Positions 15,929 through 22,845 of a stretch of DNA of 43,626 bases are shown here, piece by piece. The notes under the pieces were generated by a model that had not been told where the DNA came from, ran no database searches, and saw only the letters and a list, made by a program, of their open reading frames with translations. The translations under genes and the position numbers were made by a program. Within the stretch, counting starts at the first letter, position 1. The number at the start of each line of letters is the position of its first letter. The stretch spans positions 1 through 43,626 of the IMG/VR virus record IMGVR_UViG_3300037430_000005. One strand, given 5' to 3'. Source of the DNA: a virus.

Positions 15929-16926
15929 CGGGCGAAGCGGCCGGTGAGCAGATCGCTGACGCGTCGTTGCCGGCTCGCCTGTAAGGGCCCGTAGTACGCG
16001 CGGGTCGTCTCGATCTGGGTATGGCCCAGGAGCCCTTGCACGTCGCCCAGATCGGCGCCGGCCTCGAGCGCGGCAAAGGCAATCGCATGCCGCGCGTTAT
16101 ACGGCCGAATGCCTTTCGGCCAGCCGCACGACCGTAAGAGCCGCGCTTGCTTCGTCGTATCAAACCACCCCCAGGCGTGGGCCACGATGAACAACCGCCA
16201 CGCGGCAAGTTGATCGCGATTGAGATAGACGGGATGCGCGGGTTCGTTCTTGGCGCTGCGCACGATCCAGATCTTCTTTCGGAGCTGCACGTCTTCCGGC
16301 GTGGCGGCCATCAACTGCCCGGCTCGCTGGCCTGTCGTGACGAGGACGCGATACCGCGCATACGCCTGGGCGTTGCCGGTGCGCTTCAACCGCTCCCCCA
16401 CCCGGCGAATCGTCTCGAGCGGCACGTCCACGGGCTGCGCCTTCGGCGTTTTGGGTTTCTTCGCGTCGGCGATGGGATGGCGGGCATGCTTGCCTTGGAG
16501 CGTTTGATAGAGCTCGCGCAGCACCCGGCAGCGATGCAGGATCGTTTTGTCGCTGACGCCATCGATCTGCCACGCTGCAATCGCCAGGTTCACATGCTCC
16601 GTCTTGATCCGGCTGAGCGCCCACGACCCCAAGCGCGGGAGCCACGCGCGCAGATGGGACCGATCCGCAGGGCCACTCACCCGGCCAGCGATCTGTTTGA
16701 CGTACGTGGTCACGGCCTCCGTCAATGTCCCGCGCAGCATTGGCACCGCGGCGTCGGCCGCCCGATCCAACAGCTCAGCCGTGGTCCGCGCTCGCCACGC
16801 CTGCATCAACAGCACGTCCATATCGGGCGGGAAGCGTTTCGTCCGGACCTGGCCCTTCGCCTTCACCCGGACATCAAAGCCATACCGATCCCGATGAATC
16901 CCGGTCGCCACCAACGTCCGGTCCAT
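15925..16926 (-). CDS. int: Tyrosine integrase
   Basis: ATG 16926 with GAGAGGA upstream. C-terminal catalytic region RPYNARHAIAFAALEAGADLGDVQGLLGHTQIETTRAYYG. Confidence 0.85.
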   Translation of the reverse strand: MDRTLVATGIHRDRYGFDVRVKAKGQVRTKRFPPDMDVLLMQAWRARTTAELLDRAADAAVPMLRGTLTEAVTTYVKQIAGRVSGPADRSHLRAWLPRLGSWALSRIKTEHVNLAIAAWQIDGVSDKTILHRCRVLRELYQTLQGKHARHPIADAKKPKTPKAQPVDVPLETIRRVGERLKRTGNAQAYARYRVLVTTGQRAGQLMAATPEDVQLRKKIWIVRSAKNEPAHPVYLNRDQLAAWRLFIVAHAWGWFDTTKQARLLRSCGWPKGIRPYNARHAIAFAALEAGADLGDVQGLLGHTQIETTRAYYGPLQASRQRRVSDLLTGRFAR

Positions 16927-17094
16927 GTGTCCTCTCTTTTTTGGGTCGTGGCCGAGCCCAACGACGGGCCTCCACCCCACCCCCTCCATTCCGCTGTCCG
17001 AAAACGGGTGGAGTTTACTAGAGATTTCAAGAGGTGGCAAATGAACGCACTTCGGGCGGGAATCGGCGGAATCGGTGAATTTGCTGAGGAAAAG

Positions 17095-17144
17095 TGGTTG
17101 CGGGGGCGGGATTTGAACCCGCGACCTTTGGGTTATGAGCCCAA
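17095..17144 (-). other. attP core: 3' ~50 nt of an initiator-type tRNA-Met(CAU) gene, not a complete tRNA
   Basis: The minus strand reads TTGGG-CTCATAA-CCCAA AGGTC GCGGG-TTCAAAT-CCCGC CCCCGCA ACCA. No D-arm or 5' acceptor strand is present upstream. It lies 170 bp from int. Confidence 0.75.
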
Positions 17145-17302
17145 CGCCCGATCCCTGATCAGGTCAGCTTTGCGCCTGTTCCACGTGGAACGGCTGGACT
17201 CCACTCTCGTGCCTCCACTCCGCGGATCGTCGCTCCTGGGGCACGCCAGCCGCCTTCCTGCCCCGATGGCGTGACAGACCGTGCAGCGGCCGCCGATTCC
17301 CC

Positions 17303-17331
17303 TTGCGGCACATATGCTAATCTGCTAATCT
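17303..17331 (+). promoter_or_regulatory. Candidate promoter of the plus-strand island (-35 TTGCGG, 17 nt, -10 TAATCT), overlapping the tandem GCTAATCT GCTAATCT
   Basis: The 8-mer tandem repeat is at 17316..17331. ATG 17338 follows 6 nt later, suggesting a leaderless transcript. Confidence 0.3.
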
Positions 17332-17337
17332 GTGTTC

Positions 17338-17541
17338 ATGAAGCCGGTTGACCCGCTCGCCACCCTCCGCGCCTTCGTGGCGACCCATCCGACGCAACAG
17401 AGCGCCGCCGCGGCCCTGGAGATGAGCCCGGCGTATCTCAGCGACCTCTTGAACGAGCGGCGGGATTTCAGCGCCGCTGTCCTCGCGCGTCTGGGCCTCA
17501 CGCAGATTGTCGTGAAAGCCAGCAAACCCATCGGCCGGTAA
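17338..17541 (+). CDS. Small HTH (Cro/YdaS-like) DNA-binding protein
   Basis: MKPVDPLATLRAFVATHPTQQSAAAALEMSPAYLSDLLNERRDFS. Confidence 0.55.
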   Translation: MKPVDPLATLRAFVATHPTQQSAAAALEMSPAYLSDLLNERRDFSAAVLARLGLTQIVVKASKPIGR

Positions 17542-17556
17542 GAAAGTCTGTCCGCC

Positions 17557-18072
17557 ATGCCCCGCCTCCTGATCGCCCTCGTCGCCAGTCTCCTGATCGC
17601 CTCCCCTGTCGTCGCCGCCCCGGCCTGGCCCCACTGCGCCGTGGGGTTGCCGACGATTCTCTCCAGCCTCTATGCCCCGGCCGGCGTGTATGACGGCATT
17701 GGCGGACCCCCCGTCACCGTGCAGCAATCCACGGTCTTTCTCGCCGGGAGTGCCTTCAACTGGGTCACGGGCCAGATGCCGCACGACATCACGGTGGAGT
17801 TCGTCTCGTGGACGGATGCCCCCGGCGGCCCGGATTGGGTCACCGCCCCGGGCACCGTTGCCCGGATGCAGTCCTATACCCTGTTGAAGCGGCCGGATGT
17901 CAGCGCCCACGCGGCGGCCACGATGAAATGGAAGCACATCTCGGCCTTTACCGGCTTCGCGCTCTACTTCATCGACCCGCCGCCGTTCGATACGCGCTTT
18001 CTTCGGATCACCTACCGGGATCCGTACTGTCCCACGACGACGCAGTACGTGCCCGTCACCGTTGTCCCCTAA
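17557..18072 (+). CDS. Secreted protein of unknown function
   Basis: Signal-peptide-like MPRLLIALVASLLIASPVVAAPA. Very high third-position GC. The long antisense ORF 17317..18540 is a shadow. Confidence 0.65.
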   Translation: MPRLLIALVASLLIASPVVAAPAWPHCAVGLPTILSSLYAPAGVYDGIGGPPVTVQQSTVFLAGSAFNWVTGQMPHDITVEFVSWTDAPGGPDWVTAPGTVARMQSYTLLKRPDVSAHAAATMKWKHISAFTGFALYFIDPPPFDTRFLRITYRDPYCPTTTQYVPVTVVP

Positions 18073-18102
18073 TAACCCATCGGTCCGATTGAAAGTGACA
18101 CC

Positions 18103-18297
18103 ATGAAGCTGTTGATGATCGCCGCCGTCCTCGCGCTCAGTCTCGCCTCCCTCGCGGCCGTCGGCACCGAAACCTGCTTTCTCGAGAGTGAGCAGGACGC
18201 CGGGATGAACAAGATTTGTTTCTATAGCTGCGTGAGTGGGGATGCCGCGATCACGATCAAGGCCGTGCAACTCTGTCCGCTCAGTATTAAACGCTAG
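18103..18297 (+). CDS. Small secreted 4-Cys protein
   Basis: MKLLMIAAVLALSLASLAAVG signal-like N-terminus. The mature part has 4 Cys. Confidence 0.55.
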   Translation: MKLLMIAAVLALSLASLAAVGTETCFLESEQDAGMNKICFYSCVSGDAAITIKAVQLCPLSIKR

Positions 18298-18319
18298 AAG
18301 GAAGAGACGAACGATCAGG

Positions 18320-18387
18320 CGCGAAGGCCGCCGACAGCTAACTCGTCGGCGGCCCCTTACCGCGGCCACGGAGGTGACCTCATGAGC
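18320..18387 (+). repeat. Structured repeat R8 (CGCGAAGG-N28-CTTACCGCG)
   Basis: Box1 at 18320..18327, box2 at 18356..18364. Internal hairpin CCGCCGAC/GTCGGCGG. The tail ACGGAGGTGACCTCATGAGC supplies the SD site and start of 18382..18795. Confidence 0.85.
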
Positions 18388-18795
18388 CACGTAACACTGA
18401 CGCTCACGCGGCGACAACTCGCTATCCTGGGGGCAGTGCTGGGTCGGTGCGAGGGCTGGGATGATCCGCGTGAACTGCAGCGGTTCGTCTCCATCGCGGC
18501 TGACAGCGTGCGAGAGGGCTGGACTGAGACCGAGATGCACGCGCTCGGGGAACTGCTAGCCGAGGCCGATAACCGGATCCGTGTGCCGTGCGAACCTGAT
18601 CTCGCGCGGCTCCAGCGTGGGCTCGCGCGGCTCAACCCGATGCAACGCTCATCGCCGGAAACCCGCTCCTGCGTCTTCTGCGGTGCGGACAAAGGCCACA
18701 GCTACGTGACCGGCGACCGCACGCCGCACACGCCCGATTGTGAATGGCGGCTCGCGTGTGAAGCGCGCGGCATTCCGTGGAATCATGTCTTATGA
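18382..18795 (+). CDS. Hypothetical protein (137 aa), bracketed by R8 and R9
   Basis: GGAGGTGA SD site 7 nt upstream. C-terminal Cys cluster CVFCG...H..C..C. Confidence 0.6.
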   Translation: MSHVTLTLTRRQLAILGAVLGRCEGWDDPRELQRFVSIAADSVREGWTETEMHALGELLAEADNRIRVPCEPDLARLQRGLARLNPMQRSSPETRSCVFCGADKGHSYVTGDRTPHTPDCEWRLACEARGIPWNHVL

Positions 18796-18847
18796 GATGG
18801 TCGCCGCGGTAAGTGTTCGGGTGACTGCTCACCATGTCCCATTCGCG
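18785..18847 (-). repeat. Structured repeat R9 (CGCGAATG-N26-CTTACCGCG), inverted relative to R8
   Basis: Box1 at 18840..18847, box2 at 18805..18813. The tail ACCATCTCATAAGACAT covers the stop of 18382..18795. Confidence 0.8.
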
Positions 18848-18866
18848 TACAAAGACGTTCTTCTTC

Positions 18867-19049
18867 TTAATCCGTCTTCCCGTGACTGATATGGATCGAC
18901 TTCAAGAACCGGGCATCCATTTCTGTCACATGGTACGGCGGGGCGGTACACCACGTCGTCACTTGCTTGCACAAGACGCAGACCACCGGCACGTCCCCGG
19001 TAATCACCAACTCCTGCCCACAACTCATACACCAGAGCAGGACGGCCAT
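18867..19049 (-). CDS. Small zinc-ribbon protein
   Basis: 60 aa. CMSCG...CVLCK. Confidence 0.45.
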   Translation of the reverse strand: MAVLLWCMSCGQELVITGDVPVVCVLCKQVTTWCTAPPYHVTEMDARFLKSIHISHGKTD

Positions 19050-19050
19050 G

Positions 19051-19332
19051 TCATGAGCCCGGATGCCGGAGGGCCGCCTGGAGCGCTCGCGCCGTTAACC
19101 ACGTCCCATGCAGCTCGTAGTACTCACGCACCAACAGAATTTCGAGCTGCAAGGTGTCCAGATCCGCCGTCGCGTCCGCCCAATTCGACGGCCGATCATC
19201 GGGCACGCGGATCCAGTCCTCCCGATCACAATTGACGCACGCCGACGGAATGACGACCCCGATCGCGCCCCACTGCGCCTGACAGAAGCGACATGCGAGC
19301 AGGGTGAAGGGGGCCGCCGTCAACGCGGTCAC
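19051..19332 (-). CDS. Hypothetical protein
   Basis: 93 aa. CRFC...CVNC. ATGA overlap with the upstream gene. Confidence 0.5.
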   Translation of the reverse strand: MTALTAAPFTLLACRFCQAQWGAIGVVIPSACVNCDREDWIRVPDDRPSNWADATADLDTLQLEILLVREYYELHGTWLTARALQAALRHPGS

Positions 19333-19811
19333 GGATGGCTCGCCAGCCAGTTCGCGTCAACCGCCGCACTCCGCACGAGCAGTTCACGATAGGACGCCAG
19401 CACTTCCGCCGATAGTGGTTCGTCAAACGCGCGGGCCACCAACCGCCGCAGAATGGACTTGGCGAGTTCGACGTACGGCTCGTACCGCGCATGGGCTTCG
19501 CCAGTGAGATTCTTGAGCCCCGCGTCTAGGCCCGCTTGGGCTTTGACCTGCCAGCCCTCGCCGCGGGTCTGCACCAAGTCCAGCAATGAACTGTGCAGGG
19601 TCACGAGCCGCCGCGTGATGGGTGTGCTGAACGGCACTTGGTTGAACGAGTGCGTGATGATCGCGACGTCGCGGCCATCATCGATCGCCTTGACGAACTG
19701 ACCGTTGTCGTACGCCATCGACGCGTCAGGTGTGAGGTTGGGCGGGCGATTTCGTGAGCATCCCACTGTCAGCATGACTGAAATAAGGCACAAAACACTA
19801 AGCAGATACAT
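19329..19811 (-). CDS. Lipoprotein (candidate exclusion or surface-modifying function)
   Basis: ATG 19811. MYLLSVLCLISVMLTVGC has a lipobox LTVG|C. Confidence 0.55.
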   Translation of the reverse strand: MYLLSVLCLISVMLTVGCSRNRPPNLTPDASMAYDNGQFVKAIDDGRDVAIITHSFNQVPFSTPITRRLVTLHSSLLDLVQTRGEGWQVKAQAGLDAGLKNLTGEAHARYEPYVELAKSILRRLVARAFDEPLSAEVLASYRELLVRSAAVDANWLASHP

Positions 19812-19833
19812 CTGTGACGTTCTATACTGTTGC

Positions 19834-20505
19834 ATGGGTCGTCCAGCCTTGGCTCCACCCGCGATCGGGTCTCGCTTCGGCAATCTCACTGTTACCGGCT
19901 ATCCAGATAGGGTCCGTGGTCGAGTCTTTTGTACGGTTCGATGCGATTGCGGAACGGTCGTGAGTTTGGAAGCGAGCAGGCTGCGGCGTGGCAATGACCG
20001 ATCCTGCGGCTGTTGGAAACGGAACCAGCTTGCGAACGCCAGTCGCACGCACGGCGCGGCGGGCGTCGGCAAGCAAACGCCTGAATACAAAGCGTGGTGC
20101 GCGATGAAGCGCCGCTGCTACAACCCGGCCGAAGACAGCTATCCGTACTACGGCGGGAAAGGGATCACGGTCTGCGATGAATGGCTGCACTCCTTTCCTC
20201 AGTTCCTGGCAGATGTTGGCCCTAAGCCCACCCCGAAACATTCGATTGACCGAATCAACAACGATCTGCCGTACCGTCCTGACAACGTGCGCTGGGCCAC
20301 ATCCTTGGAGCAATGCCAGAACCGCTCGGTCAGCCGTTATGTGAACTACAAGGGCGAACGCCTGCCGTTGGCTGAACACGCGCGGCGGGCGGGGTTGCCG
20401 CCGAAGGTGGTAGACAGACGACTGCGCCGCGGGTGGCCGCTACACGTTGCACTGACGAGGTCGCTTGATCGGAAGAAGCATCAGTCTCCACCCAACGCGG
20501 CATAG
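19834..20505 (+). CDS. Homing-endonuclease-associated DNA-binding protein, paralog of 651..1088
   Basis: FGNLTVTGY...CDCG...SCGC ... TPEYKAWCAMKRRCYNP...YYGGKGITVCDEW..FLADVGPKP..HSIDRINNDLPYRPDNVRWAT..EQ. It is the only plus-strand gene inside this minus-strand block. Confidence 0.55.
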   Translation: MGRPALAPPAIGSRFGNLTVTGYPDRVRGRVFCTVRCDCGTVVSLEASRLRRGNDRSCGCWKRNQLANASRTHGAAGVGKQTPEYKAWCAMKRRCYNPAEDSYPYYGGKGITVCDEWLHSFPQFLADVGPKPTPKHSIDRINNDLPYRPDNVRWATSLEQCQNRSVSRYVNYKGERLPLAEHARRAGLPPKVVDRRLRRGWPLHVALTRSLDRKKHQSPPNAA

Positions 20506-21560
20506 AACGCCTCCGCGCACGCACGCTCTCCGTCGGTAAACAGTCGCGCGTCATTCCACGCGTCATGATGAAAGGTGCCGCCAGCGGCACAGCACGCCGA
20601 CTGGCCCATCAACCGCGCCACGCCGACATCGAAGCCGTATTGCGCTGGCTTGATCGTTTCTTCGGGGATGTATGGGCACGGCGTCGGGTAGGTGTCTTGG
20701 AACACATACGCCGAGTAGTTGCTGCTGATCTTCGCCAACCCACCGGAGCGCCGGCCGTGATACGTCGCGTAGTCCCACAGCGGTTTGACCGGCTGCGCAT
20801 CGCTCAGGCCGGAGCCGTGCGAGCTCAACACCCCGTCAGGTTTGCGAAACGCCTGCGCGTTGATGGCTTGGGTCGCATGCTTGTCTTCGTTGACGAGTTC
20901 CACAAGCATCCACGGAAAGACGCGGATCGTCTCGATGGTCTGCCGATAGAAGTCCTGTTGTTCAATCGGGTCCGGCATCATCTTTTTGGTATCGGCGAAG
21001 ATGGTCCATTCGCCATAGAGCCCGGCATCCCCAACTTGCGTACAGGTCGCGATCACGGCCTCCCAATAGCCGGGGCTGTGCGTGTTGAACTCCCAACCCG
21101 TGTTCGGACTCTTCATTGCTAAGATCCGTACGAGATTCGCGCCTGCGGCTTTCCGGTCCTCGAGCAGCGGCGTGATATCAACGCCTCTCAGCACACACTC
21201 CGCTAACCGAAAATCAGTCGAACCTTTGATGAGAAACCGGGAGTCCCCCTGCATGAAATGATCGCCTTCGATCCGCAACCCCGTGCCAGTTGACGCCTGG
21301 GGTTCGAGGTAGCAGTCCGTCCAGTCGATGTCCCCAAACGGCGGCGGCCCCGGGTCGAGATTGATACTCGCGCTGTAGCTCGCATAGCCGTCCTTTCCGA
21401 TCGCGAGTTGGACTTGATGCCAGTCGCTCGAAATCCCCTCGAGCCGGACCCGGCCATTGGCTTCGGTCGTACCGCAGACGTCGTTCACGCACACCGAGGC
21501 CCCTTCGAGCGGGGCGTTGCTGTTGAGGTCGCGGACGGTGACGGAAAAGGCGCGGGTCAT
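20481..21560 (-). CDS. Glycoside-hydrolase-like protein (GH5-type TIM-barrel motifs) with an N-terminal CarboxypepD_reg-like domain
   Basis: ATG 21560. VTVRDLNSNAPLEGASVCVND..TTEANGRVRLEGI, then ANLVRILA and LVELVNEDK (NE acid/base-like). The listed start 21596 lies inside the inserted element's inverted repeat. Confidence 0.45.
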   Translation of the reverse strand: MTRAFSVTVRDLNSNAPLEGASVCVNDVCGTTEANGRVRLEGISSDWHQVQLAIGKDGYASYSASINLDPGPPPFGDIDWTDCYLEPQASTGTGLRIEGDHFMQGDSRFLIKGSTDFRLAECVLRGVDITPLLEDRKAAGANLVRILAMKSPNTGWEFNTHSPGYWEAVIATCTQVGDAGLYGEWTIFADTKKMMPDPIEQQDFYRQTIETIRVFPWMLVELVNEDKHATQAINAQAFRKPDGVLSSHGSGLSDAQPVKPLWDYATYHGRRSGGLAKISSNYSAYVFQDTYPTPCPYIPEETIKPAQYGFDVGVARLMGQSACCAAGGTFHHDAWNDARLFTDGERACAEAFYAALGGD

Positions 21561-21566
21561 TCTTTG

Positions 21567-22030
21567 GGGACTTATATCGTTGACTCCCGTGTTCACTTTC
21601 GGCTCACGCGCGAACGGGCCAACTGAAAGTCCCAGGCTGATCGCCCACCGTGCGCGAAGTCGCCCAGAACACGTCGTTGCTGTCGAGGAACACCTGACCG
21701 TTCACGGCGCTCTCGGCAGACGGTCCCCACACGCGCACGATGAGCATCGGGAATGTATCCCCCTCAGCGACGTCGTTGCCGATGTGCGCCTGAGCGCCAG
21801 CAGGCCACGCGGACACGTCTTCACCGCCTTGCGGGTTCACGAGTTTGCTTTTCATGCGATCCGCGATGGCCTTCCCCGTCGTGCGACGGCGCATGATCTG
21901 CTCGACGTCTTGCGCGCTCAGCCGGTAGTGAACGATGCGACCAATCGACGGAATCTGTTCGCTCATCTGTGTCTCCTTGAAGCCAACGTGTTCTGTTCCG
22001 ATTCATGAGGGAGTCAACGATATAAGTCCC
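21567..22030 (-). mobile_element. 464-bp non-autonomous (MITE-like) element with perfect 22-bp inverted repeats, an 8-bp target duplication and one cargo gene
   Basis: IR at 21567..21588, GGGACTTATATCGTTGACTCCC. Its exact reverse complement is at 22009..22030. Direct repeat ATTCTTTG at 21559..21566 and 22031..22038. Confidence 0.85.
21604..21966 (-). CDS. Hypothetical protein (120 aa), cargo of the 464-bp element
   Basis: AAGGAG 6 nt upstream of ATG 21966. MSEQIPSIGRIVHYRLSAQDVEQI... Confidence 0.65.
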   Translation of the reverse strand: MSEQIPSIGRIVHYRLSAQDVEQIMRRRTTGKAIADRMKSKLVNPQGGEDVSAWPAGAQAHIGNDVAEGDTFPMLIVRVWGPSAESAVNGQVFLDSNDVFWATSRTVGDQPGTFSWPVRA

Positions 22031-22205
22031 ATTCTTTGGGCACCGTGTGCGGGGCCGGGAGCACGGCCGCGATCTCCGTGACGGCGTCGATCAGCGCGAG
22101 CAACGTCTGCTCCACCTCAGCCACGGCAGCGTGGATACCGGGGGCCGTGCGGATCGTGTGCGCGTGCTTTGCTGCCCGATCCAACGCCTCTGCGAGTTCA
22201 TTCAT
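22014..22205 (-). CDS. Hypothetical protein whose last 5 codons (WDLYR*) are read from the inserted element
   Basis: 63 aa. The original end is reconstructed as ...HTVPKE*. Confidence 0.55.
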   Translation of the reverse strand: MNELAEALDRAAKHAHTIRTAPGIHAAVAEVEQTLLALIDAVTEIAAVLPAPHTVPKEWDLYR

Positions 22206-22488
22206 AGATCACCACTTTCACCGTCTGCTGATTCACGGTGCGCGCCGACCGATACGAGAGCCGATTCCGGCAGTCGGCGCAACTGAGCACCGCCTGATAG
22301 TCCTTGGGGATGACAAACACGGTCAGCACCGTCACCCGGATCACCGGAGGGAGCCGCCCGCCTTTGCAGCGATCACACCGCCTCATCGGGCCATCCACCG
22401 CGTCCGCGATGGTCTGCACCGGCGGCGGATCGAAGCGCCGATCATCAATCTCGCGCCGATCACCGACGGTCCACCGAAGCCCGCCCAT
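22198..22488 (-). CDS. Hypothetical protein with CxxC pairs
   Basis: 96 aa. CDRC...CADC. High third-position GC. Confidence 0.55.
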   Translation of the reverse strand: MGGLRWTVGDRREIDDRRFDPPPVQTIADAVDGPMRRCDRCKGGRLPPVIRVTVLTVFVIPKDYQAVLSCADCRNRLSYRSARTVNQQTVKVVIYE

Positions 22489-22521
22489 GTCATCGCAGCC
22501 CCATCTTCCGCAACCAGATGT

Positions 22522-22845
22522 TCACGCGCCGTAGCATCTCGGTGTCCACGGCGGCATCGTGCGCACGGTCGCGGGCGCCTGACTCCATTCGATCCAGCAC
22601 CGCCCGACGATCGAGCGCCGTGACGTCCGGCCTTTCAGCGCGATCCGGAACAGGTACGCCTGGGTCTTGCCCGTCACCTGTTGCACCACGGTCGGCGTCA
22701 GGGACCGGGTGAGGGTCATCAACCGCAAGTGCCCCGGCTGGCGGGGACTCGGGACCGCCAGCAAACAGAGCGAATGCGCGCCCCGCCGCTGACTGGTCAC
22801 GCTCCCCTGTAAGCGTCGGCCGCAGAGATAGCAGATCCAGGCCAT
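22522..22845 (-). CDS. Hypothetical protein (frame chosen by third-position GC)
   Basis: 107 aa. This frame has clearly higher GC3 than the overlapping 22490..22849 frame. Possible HTH at LTPTVVQQVTGKTQAYLFRIALKG. Confidence 0.4.
   Translation of the reverse strand: MAWICYLCGRRLQGSVTSQRRGAHSLCLLAVPSPRQPGHLRLMTLTRSLTPTVVQQVTGKTQAYLFRIALKGRTSRRSIVGRCWIEWSQAPATVRTMPPWTPRCYGA

Noticed and set aside
17095-17191. Possible complete tRNA-Met gene
   Set aside because: Only the anticodon arm, variable loop, T-arm and 3' acceptor strand are present. The upstream sequence cannot form a D-arm or the 5' acceptor strand TGCGGGG. It is treated as the attP core instead.
17317-18540. 407-aa minus-strand ORF spanning the plus-strand island
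   Set aside because: The plus-strand genes have high third-position GC, signal peptides and SD sites. The minus frame is R/G-rich and featureless.
3362-18847. Nine repeats as a CRISPR array
   Set aside because: Spacing runs from ~0.2 to 4.5 kb with full genes between copies. Orientations are mixed, and the copies are only ~60-80% identical outside the two boxes.
3362-18847. Recurrent peptide REGD(R/M)Q...YR(V/G)H translated from several repeat copies
   Set aside because: The copies differ in spacer length (26-28 nt), so the frame is not preserved. Some copies are antisense to real genes. The conservation is at nucleotide level, so this is not treated as a hidden protein family.
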